64,000 bases of DNA, from the NCBI GenBank assembly GCA_964016885.1, contig OZ024758.1:31496001-31560000 (forward strand), written 5' to 3'. The first letter of the stretch is position 1; each line of letters starts with the position of its first letter. Source of the stretch: Eledone cirrhosa (lineage: Eukaryota). Below the pieces are notes generated by a model. It was not told the origin of the DNA. It saw only the letters and a list, made by a program, of their open reading frames with translations, and made no database searches. Shown here in pieces: positions 53,843 to 64,000 of this stretch. A program made the position numbers and the translations under genes.

Positions 53843-56800
53843 ATAGATGACAGCTGGGGGAAGGTCTATGTCCTACAATGGACAATAGATGACAGCTGGG
53901 GGAAGGTCTATGTCCTACAATGGATAATAGATGACAGCTGGGGGAAGGTCTATGTCCTACAATGGACAATAGATGACAGCTGGGGGAAGGTCTATGTCCT
54001 ACAATGGACAGTAGATGACAGCTGGGGGAAGGTCTATGTCCTACAATGGACAATAGATGACAGCTGGGGGAAGGTCTATGTCCTACAATGGACAATAGAT
54101 GACAGCTGGGGGAAGGTCTATGTCCTACAATGGACAATAGATGACAGCTGGGGGAAGGTCTATGTCCTACAATGGGAAATAGATGTCAGCTGTGGGAAGG
54201 TCTATGTCCTACAATGGACAATAGATGACAGCTGGGGGAAGGTCTATGTCCTACAATGGACAATAGATGACAGCTGGGGGAAGGTCTATGTCCTACAATG
54301 GACAATAGATGACAGCTGGGGGAAGGTCTATGTCCTACAATGGACAATAGATGACAGCTGGGGGAAGGTCTATGTCCTACAATGGACAATAGATGACAGC
54401 TGGGGGAAGGTCTATGTCCTACAATGGACAATAGATGACAGCTGGGGGAAGGTCTATGTCCTACAATGGACAATAGATGACAGCTGGGGGAAGGTCTATG
54501 TCCTACAATGGACAATAGATGACAGCTGGGGAAAGGTCTATGTCCTACAATGGACAATAAATGTCAGCTGGGGGAACGTCTATGTCCTACAATACAAAAT
54601 AGATGACAGCTGGGGAAAGGTCTATGTCCTACAATAGACAATAGATGACAGCTGGGGGAAGGTCTATGTCCTACAATAAACAATAGATGTCAGCTGGGGG
54701 AAGGTCTATGTCCTACAATAGACAATAGTTGTCAGCTGGGGGAATGTCTATGTCCTACATTGGACAATAGATGACAGCTGGGGCAAGGTCTATGTCCTAC
54801 AATGGACGATAGATGACAGCTGGGGGAAGGTCTATGTCCTACAATAGACAATAGATGACACAGCTGGGAGAAGGTCTATGTCCTACAATAGACAATAGAT
54901 GACACAGCTGGGGCAAGGTCTATGTCCTACAATGGACAATAGATGACAGCTGGGAGAAGGTCTATGTCCTACAATAGACAATAGATGTCAGCTGGGGGAA
55001 GGTCTATGTCCTACAATGTACAATAAATGACACAGCTGGGAGCAGGTCTATGTCCTACAATAGACAATAGATGACACAGCTGGGAGAAGGTCTGTGTCCT
55101 ACAATAGACAATAGATGACACAGCTGGGGGAAGGTCTATGTCCTACAATGGACAATAGATGACAGCTGGGGGAAGGTCTATGTCCTACAATGGACAATAT
55201 ATGACACAGCTGGGGGAAGGTCTATGTCCTACAATGGACAATAGATGACAGCTGGGGGAAGGTCTATGTCCTACTATGGACAATAGATGTCAGCTGGGGG
55301 AAGGTCTATGTCCTACAATAGATAATAGATGACAGCTGGGGAAAGGTCTATGTCCTACAATAGACAATAGATGACAGCTGGGGTAAGGTCTATGTCCTAC
55401 AATAGACAATAGATGTCAGCTGGGGGAAAGTCTATGTCCTACAATAGACAATAGATGTCAGCTGGTGCAAGGTCTATGTCCTACAATAGACAATAGATGA
55501 CACAGCTGGGAGAAGGTCTATGTCCTACAATAGACAATAGATGACACAGATGGGAGAAGATCTATGTCCTACAATAAACAATAGATGTCAGATGGGGGAA
55601 GGTCTATGTCCTACAATAGACAATAGATGACAGCTGGGGGAAGGAGTATGTCCTACAATGGACAATAGATGTCAGCTGGAGCAAGGTCTATGTCCTACAA
55701 TAGACAATAGATGACACAGCTGGGAGAAGGTCTATGTCCTACAATAGACAATAGATGACACAGCTGGGAGAAGGTCTATGTCCTTCAATAGACAATAGAT
55801 GTCAGCTGGGGGAAGGTCTATGTCCTACAATGGACAATAGCTGACACAGCTGGGAGAAGGTCTATGTCCTACAATGGACAATAGATGACACAGCTGGGGG
55901 AAGGTCTATGTCCTACAATGGACAATAGATGACAGCTGGGGGAAGGTCTATGTCCTACAATGGACAATAGATGACACAGCTGGGGGAAGGTCTATGTCCT
56001 ACAATGGAAAATAGATGACAGCTGGCGGAAGGTCTATGTCCTACTATGGACAATAGATGTCAGCTGGGGGAAGGTCTATGTCCTACAATAGATAATAGAT
56101 GACAGCTGGGGAAAGGTCTATGTCCTACAATAGACAATAGATGTCAGCTGGGGCAAGGTCTATGTCCTACAATGGACAATAGATGACACAGCTGGGGGAA
56201 GGTCTATGTCCTACAATGGACAATAGATGACAGCTGGGGGAATGTCTATATCCTACAATGGACAATAGATGACACAGCTGGGAGAAGGTCTATGTCCTAC
56301 AATGGACAATAGATGACAGCTGGGGGAAGGTCTATGTCCTACAATGGACAATAGATGTGAGCTGGGGGAAGGTCTATGTCCTACAATAGAAAATAGATGA
56401 CAGCTGGGACAAGGTCTATGTCCTACAATAGACAATAGATGACAGCTGGGGGAAGGTCTATGTCCTACAATAGACAATAGATGTCAGCTGGGGGAAGGTC
56501 TATGTCCTACAATAGACAATAGATGTCAGCTGGGGGAAGGTCTATGTCCAACAATAGACAATAGATGACACCTGGGGAAAGGTCTATGTCCTACAATAGA
56601 CAATAGATGACAGCTGGGGGAAGGTCTATGTCTTACAATAGACAATAGATGTCAGCTGGGGGAAGGTCTATGTCCTTCAATAGACAATAGATGTCAGCTG
56701 GGGGAAGGTCTATGTCCTACAATGTACAATAGATGACACAGCTGGGAGAAGGTCTATGTCCTACAATAGACAATAGATATCAGCTGGGGGAAGGTCTATG

Positions 56801-58599
56801 TCCTACAATAGACAATAGATGTCAGCTGGGGGAAGGTCTATGTCCTACAACGGACAATAGATGACACAGCTGGGAGAAGGTCTATGTCCAACAATAGACA
56901 ATAGATGACAGCTGGGGAAAGGTCTATGTCCTACAATAGACAATAGATGACAGCTGGGGGAAGGTCTATGTCCTACAATAGACAATAGATGTCAGCTGGG
57001 GGAAGGTCTATGTCCTACAATAGACAATAAATGTCAGCTGGAGCAAGGTCTATGTCCTACAATAGACAATAGATGACACAGTTGGGAGAAGGTCTATGTC
57101 CTACAATAGACAATAGATGACACAGCTGGGAGAAGGTCTATGTCCTTCAATAGACAATAGATGTCAGCTGGGGTAGGTCTATGTCCTACAATGGACAATA
57201 GATGACAGCTGGGGGAAGGTCTATGTCTTACAATAGACAATAGATGTCAGCTGGGGGAAGGTCTGTGTCCTACAATAGACAATAGATGTCAGCTGGGGCA
57301 AGGTCTATGTCCTACAATAGACAATAGATGACAGCTGGGGGAAGGTCTATGTCTTACAATAGACAATAGATGTCAGCTGGGGGAAGGTCTATGTCCTACA
57401 ATAGACAATAGATGTCAGCTGGGGCAAGGTCTATGTCCTACAATAGACAATAGATGACACCTGGGGAAAGGTCTATGTCCTACAATAGACAATAGATGAC
57501 AGCTGGGGGAAGGTCTATGTCCTACAATAAACAATAGATGTCAGCTGGGAGAAGGTCTATGTCCTACAATGGACAATAGATGACACAGCTGGGGGAAGGT
57601 CTATGTCCTACAATGGACAATAGATGACACAGCTGGGGGAAGGACTATGTCCTACAATGGACAATAGATGACAGCTGGGGGAAGGTCTATGTCCTACAAT
57701 GGACAATAGATGTCAGCTGGGGGAAGGTCTATGTCCTACAATGGACAATAGATGACAGCTGGGGGAAGGTCTATGTCCTACAATGTACAATAGATGACAG
57801 CTGGGGGAAGGTCTATGTCCTACAATGGACAATAGATGACAGCTGGGGGAAGGTCTATGTCCTACAATGGACAATAGATGACAGCTGGGGGAAGGTCTAT
57901 GTCCTACAATGGACAATAGATGACAGCTGGGGGAAGGTCTATGTCCTACAATGGACAATAGATGACAGCTGGGGGAAGGTCTATGTCCTACAATGGATAA
58001 TAGATGACAGCTGGGGGAAGGTCTATGTCCTACAATGGACAGTAGATGACAGCTGGGGGAAGGTCTATGTCCTACAATAGACAATAGATGTCAGCTGGGG
58101 CAAGGTCTATGTCCTACAATAGACAATAGATGACACCTGGGGAAAGGTCTATGTCCTACAATAGACAATAGATGACAGCTGGGGGAAGGTCTATGTCCTA
58201 CAATAAACAATAGATGTCAGCTGGGAGAAGGTCTATGTCCTACAATGGACAATAGATGACACAGCTGGGGGAAGGTCTATGTCCTACAATGGACAATAGA
58301 TGACACAGCTGGGGGAAGGACTATGTCCTACAATGGACAATAGATGACAGCTGGGGGAAGGTCTATGTCCTACAATGGACAATAGATGTCAGCTGGGGGA
58401 AGGTCTATGTCCTACAATGGACAATAGATGACAGCTGGGGGAAGGTCTATGTCCTACAATGTACAATAGATGACAGCTGGGGGAAGGTCTATGTCCTACA
58501 ATGGACAATAGATGACAGCTGGGGGAAGGTCTATGTCCTACAATGGACAATAGATGACAGCTGGGGGAAGGTCTATGTCCTACAATGGACAATAGATGA

Positions 58600-61500
58600 C
58601 AGCTGGGGGAAGGTCTATGTCCTACAATGTACAATAAATGACACAGCTGGGAGAAGGTCTATGTCCTACAATAGACAATAGATGACACAGCTGGGGGAAG
58701 GTCTATGTCCTACAATGGACAATAGATGACAGCTGGGGGAAGGTCTATGTCCTACAATGGACAATAGATGACAGCTGGGGGAAGGTCTATGTCCTACAAT
58801 GGACAATAGATGACAGCTGGGGGAAGGTCTATGTCCTACAATGGACAATAAATGACTAAGCTGGGAGAAGGTCTATGTCCTACAATAGACAATAGATGAC
58901 ACAGCTGGGGGAAGGTCTATGTCCTACAATGGACAATAGATGACAGCTGGGGGAAGGTCTATGTCCTACAATGGACAATAGATGACAGCTGGGGGAAGGT
59001 CTATGTCCTACAATGGACAATAGATGACAGCTGGGGCAAGGTCTATGTCCTACAATGGACAATAGATGACACAGCTGGGAGAAGGTCTATGTCCTACAAT
59101 AGACAGTAGATGTCAGCTGGGGGAAGGTCTATGTCCTACAATAGACAATAGATGTCAGCTGGGGCAAGGTCTATGTCCTACAATGTACAATAAATGACAC
59201 AGCTGGGAGAAGGTCTATGTCCTACAATAGACAATAGATGACACAGCTGGGGGAAGGTCTATGTCCTACAGTGGACAATAGATGACAGCTGGGGGAAGGT
59301 CTATGTCCTACAATGGACAATAGATGACAGCTGGGGCAAGGTCTATGTCCTACAATGGACAATAGATGACACAGCTGGGGGAAGGTCTATGTCCTACAAT
59401 GGACAATAGATGACAGCTGGGGGAAGGTCTATGTCCTACAATGGACAATAGATGACAGCTGGGGGAAGGTCTATGTCCTACAATGGACAATAGATGACAA
59501 CGCTGGGGGAAGGTCTATGTCCTACAATGGACAATAGATGACACAGCTGGGGGAAGGTCTATGTCCTACAATGGACAATAGATGACAGCTGGGGGAAGGT
59601 CTATGTCCTACTATGGACAATAGATGTCAGCTGGGGGAAGGTCTATGTCCTACAATAGATAATAGATGACAGCTGGGGAAAGGTCTATGTCCTACAATAG
59701 ACAGTAGATGACAGCTGGGGTAAGGTCTATGTCCTACAATAGACAATAGATGTCAGCTGGGGGAAAGTCTATGTCCTACAATAGACAATAGATGTCAGCT
59801 GGGGCAAGGTCTATGTCCTACAATAGACAATAGATGACACAGCTGGGAGAAGGTCTATGTCCTACAATAGACAATAGATGACACAGCTGGGAGAAGGTCT
59901 ATGTCCTTCAATAGACAATAGATGTCAGCTGGGGGAAGGTCTATGTCCTACAATGGACAATAGCTGACACAGCTGGGAGAAGGTCTATATCCTACAATGG
60001 ACAATAGATGACACAGCTGGGGGAAGGTCTATGTCCTACAATGGACAATAGATGACACAGCTGGGAGAAGGTCTTTGTCCTACAATGGACAATAGATGAC
60101 AGCTGGGGGAAGGTCTATATCCTACAATGGACAATAGATGACACAGCTGGGAGAAGGTCTATGTCCTACAATAGACAATAGATGGCAGCTGGGGGAAGGT
60201 CTATGTCCTACAATGGACAATAGATGAAACAGCTGGGAGAAGGTCTTTGTCCTACAATGGACAATAGATGACAGCTGGGGGAAGGTCTATATCCTACAAT
60301 GGACAATAGATGACACAGCTGGGAGAAGGTCTATGTCCTACAATAGACAATAGATGGCAGCTGGGGGAAGGTCTATGTCCTACAATGGACAATAGATGAC
60401 AAAGCTGGGAGAAGGTCTATGTCCTACAATAGACAATAGATGTCAGCTGGAGCAAGGTCTATGTCCTACAATGGACAATAGATGACACAGCTGGGGGAAG
60501 GTCTATGTCCTACAATGGACAATAGATGACAGCTGGGGTAATGTCTATGTCCTACATTGGACAATAGATGACACAGCTGGGAGAAGGTCTATGTCCTACA
60601 ATGGACAATAGATGACAGCTGGGGGAAGGTCTATGTCCTACAATGGACAATAGATGTGAGCTGGGGGAAGGTCTATGTCCTACAATAGACAATAGATGAC
60701 AGCTGGGACAAGGTCTATGTCCTACAATAGACAATAGATGACAGCTGGTGGAAGGTCTATGTCCTACAATAGACAATAGATGTCAGCTGGGGGAAGGTCT
60801 ATGTCCTACAATAGACAATAGATGTCAGCTGGGGGAAGGTCTATGTCCAACAATAGACAATAGATGACACCTGGGGAAAGGTCTATGTCCTACAATAGAC
60901 AATAGATGACAGCTGGGGGAAGGTCTATGTCTTACAATAGACAATAGATGTCAGCTGGGGGAAGGTCTATGTCCTTCAATAGACAATAGATGTCAGCTGG
61001 GGGAAGGTCTATGTCCTACAATGTACAATAGATGACACAGCTGGGAGAAGGTCTATGTCCTACAATAGACAATAGATATCAGCTGGGGGAAGGTCTATGT
61101 CCTACAATAGACAATAGATGTCAGCTGGGGGAAGGTCTATGTCCTACAATGGACAATAGATGACACAGCTGGGAGAAGGTCTATGTCCAACAATAGACAA
61201 TAGATGACAGCTGGGGAAAGGTCTATGTCCTACAATAGAAAATAGATGACAGCTGGGGGAAGGTCTATGTCCTACAATAGACAATAGATGTCAGCTGGGG
61301 GAAGGTCTATGTCCTACAATAGACAATAGATGTCAGCTGGAGCAAGGTCTATGTCCTACAATAGACAATTGATGACACAGCTGGGAGAAGGTCTATGTCC
61401 TACAATAGACAATAGATGACACAGCTGGGAGAAGGTCTATGTCCTTCAATAGAAATAGATGTCAGCTGGGGGAAGGTCTATGTCCTACAATGGACAATAG

Positions 61501-64000
61501 ATGACAGCTGGGGGAAGGTCTATGTCTTACAATAGACAATAGATGTCAGCTGGGGGAAGGTCTATGTCCTACAATAGACAATAGATGTCAGGTGGGGCAA
61601 GGTCTATGTCCTACAATAGACAATAGATGACAGCTGGGGGAAGGTCTATGTCTTACAATAGACAATAGATGTCAGCTGGGGGAAGGTCTATGTCCTACAA
61701 TAGACAATAGATGTCAGCTGGGGCAAGGTCTATGTCCTACAATAGACAATAGTTGTCAGCTGGGGGAATGTCTATGTCCTACAATGGACAATAGATGACA
61801 GCTGGGGCAAGGTCTATGTCATACAATGGACGATAGATGACAGCTGGGGGAAGGTCTATGTCCTACAATAGACAATAGATGACACAGCTGGGAGAAGGTC
61901 TATGTGCTACAATAGACAATAGATGACACAGCTGGGGCAAGGTCTATGTCCTACAATGGACAATAGATGACAGCTGGGAGAAGGTCTATGTCCTACAATA
62001 GACAATAGATGTCAGCTGGGGGAAGGTCTATGTCCTACAATGTACAATAAATGACACAGCTGGGAGAAGGTCTATGTCCTACAATAGACAATAGATGACA
62101 CAGCTGGGAGAAGGTCTATGTCCTACAATAGACAATAGATGACACAGCTGGGGGAAGGTCTATGTCCTACAATGGACAATAGATGACAGCTGGCGGAAGG
62201 TCTATGTCCTACTATGGACAATAGATGTCAGCTGGGGGAAGGTCTATGTCCTACAATAGATAATAGATGACAGCTGGGGAAAGGTCTATGTCCTACAATA
62301 GACAATAGATGACAGCTGGGGTAAGGTCTATGTCCTACAATAGACAATAGATGGCAGCTGGGGGAAGGTCTATGTCCTACAATGGACAATAGATGACACA
62401 GCTGGGGGAAGGTCTATGTCCTACAATGGACAATAGATGACAGCTGGGGGAATGTCTATATCCTACAATGGTCAATAAATGACACAGCTGGGAGAAGGTC
62501 TATGTCCTACAATGGACAATAGATGTGAGCTGGGGGAAGGTCTATGTCCTACAATAGAAAATAGATGACAGCTGGGGGAAGGTCTATGTCCTACAATAGA
62601 CAATAGATGTCAGCTGGGGGAAGGTCTATGTCCTACAATAGACAATAGATGTCAGCTGGGGGAAGGTCTATGTCCAACAATAGACAATAGATGACACCTG
62701 GGGAAAGGTCTATGTCCTACAATAGACAATAGATGACAGCTGGGGGAAGGTCTATGTCTTACAATAGACAATAGATGTCAGCTGGGGGAAGGTCTATGTC
62801 CTTCAATAGACAATAGATGTCAGCTGGGGGAAGGTCTATGTCCTACAATGTACAATAGATGACACAGCTGGGAGAAGGTCTATTTCCTACAATAGACAAT
62901 AGATATCAGCTGGGGGAAGGTCTATGTCCTACAATAGACAATAGATGTCAGCTGGGGGAAGGTCTATGTCCTACAATGGACAATAGATGACACAGCTGGG
63001 AGAAGGTCTATGTCCAACAATAGACAATAGATGACAGCTGGGGAAAGGTCTATGTCCTACAATAGACAATAGATGACAGCTGGGGGAAGGTCTATGTCCT
63101 ACAATAGACAATAGATGTCAGCTGGGGGAAGGTCTATGTCCTACAATAGACAATAGATGTCAGCTGGAGCAAGGTCTATGTCCTACAATAGACAATAGAT
63201 GACACAGTTGGGAGAAGGTCTATGTCCTACAATAGACAATAGATGACACAGCTGGGAGAAGGTCTATGTCCTTCAATAGACAATAGATGTCAGCTGGGGG
63301 AAGGTCTATGTCCTACAATGGACAATAAATGACAGCTGGGGGAAGGTCTATGTCTTACAATAGACAATAGATGTCAGCTGGGGGAAGGTCTGTGTCCTAC
63401 AATAGACAATAGATGTCAGCTGGGGCAAGGTCTATGTCCTACAATAGACAATAGATGACAGCTGGGGGAAGGTCTATGTCTTACAATAGACAATAGATGT
63501 CAGCTGGGGGAAGGTCTATGTCCTACAATAGACAATAGGTGTCAGCTGGGGCAAGGTCTATGTCCTACAATAGACAATAGATGACACCTGGGGAAAGGTC
63601 TATGTCCTACAATAGACAATAGATGACAGCTGGGGGAAGGTCTATGTCCTACAATAAACAATAGATGTCAGCTGGGAGAAGGTCTATGTCCTACAATGGA
63701 CAATAGATGACACAGCTGGGGGAAGGTCTATGTCCTACAATGGACAATAGATGACACAGCTGGGGGAAGGACTATGTCCTACAATGGACAATAGATGACA
63801 GCTGGGGGAAGGTCTATGTCCTACAATGGACAATAGATGTCAGCTGGGGGAAGGTCTATGTCCTACAATGGACAATAGATGACAGCTGGGGGAAGGTCTA
63901 TGTCCTACAATGGACAATAGATGACAGCTGGGGGAAGGTCTATGTCCTACAATGGACAATAGATGACAGCTGGGGGAAGGTCTATGTCCTACAATGGACA
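58600..64000 (+). repeat. 5.4-kb block, second copy (truncated by the window end)
   Basis: See the first copy. Differences noticed: CAGCTTGGGG (~51436) vs CAGCTGGGGG, GACAATAAAT vs GTCAATAAAT (~62472), and the GGGACAAG monomer missing from this copy. Confidence 0.95.

Larger units (their letters stand above)
1..64000 (+). repeat. Tandem satellite array of 42/44-bp monomers (~1,500 copies), running off both window ends
   Basis: Every line consists of AGCTGGGGGAAGGTCTATGTCCTACAATRGACAATAGATGWC (42 bp) or its +AC variant ending GATGACAC (44 bp). All copies lie in the same orientation, and nearly every monomer has one CAGCTG (PvuII) site. The ORF track shows only 14-aa periodic translations. Confidence 0.99.
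44801..64000 (+). repeat. Right variant domain of the array
   Basis: A different set of recurrent variants: GTGAGCTG, GTCCAAC, GACACCTG, GTCCTTCA, GACTAAG, CTACTATGG and GGGACAAG. Long GAC-junction runs dominate, and only - strand ORFs appear in the track. Confidence 0.8.

Noticed and set aside
1-64000. CRISPR array (hairpin-forming repeat of similar length)
   Set aside because: There are no unique spacers, since monomers abut directly, and no leader or cas genes.
1-64000. Hammerhead ribozyme satellite, as in newt, schistosome or cricket satellites
   Set aside because: The consensus has no CTGATGA/CTGANGA plus GAAA core on either strand, and 42 bp with one stem is too small.
1-64000. G-quadruplex or telomeric repeat
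   Set aside because: There is only one G5 run per monomer, separated by ~37 nt, and no TTAGG/TTAGGG-type motif.
1-64000. Intact mobile element or inserted unique sequence
   Set aside because: No RT, endonuclease or transposase coding sequence, terminal repeats or non-monomer segment was seen. The RTE resemblance is limited to ~30 nt per monomer.
1-64000. Bacterial promoter -10 (TACAAT/TATAAT) or Shine-Dalgarno-like (GGAAGG) motifs
   Set aside because: These are short chance matches within the monomer, with no gene context.

Overview
The whole 64 kb window is one uninterrupted head-to-tail tandem array, most likely eukaryotic satellite or very long minisatellite DNA. It holds about 1,500 copies (64,000 / ~42.7 bp) of a 42/44-bp monomer, consensus CAGCTGGGGGAAGGTCTATGTCCTACAAT[G/A]GACAATAGATG[T/A/ACA], about 48% GC with no CpG. 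I saw no unique sequence, inversion, inserted element, credible gene, RNA gene or CRISPR spacer. All ORFs in the track are read-throughs of the 42-bp (14-codon) unit. Rare diagnostic variants show layered structure: an irregular ~3.3-4.2 kb higher-order repeat (HOR), near-identical block duplications at offsets of 6.5-11.4 kb, many local 4-22-monomer duplications, and two variant domains meeting near 44.8 kb. The most interesting lead, from recall and not a database search, is that the monomer resembles the conserved 3' end of RTE-clade LINEs, including a stem-loop. That would make this a retrotransposon-derived satellite. Sub-block boundaries were read by eye and are good to about one monomer.
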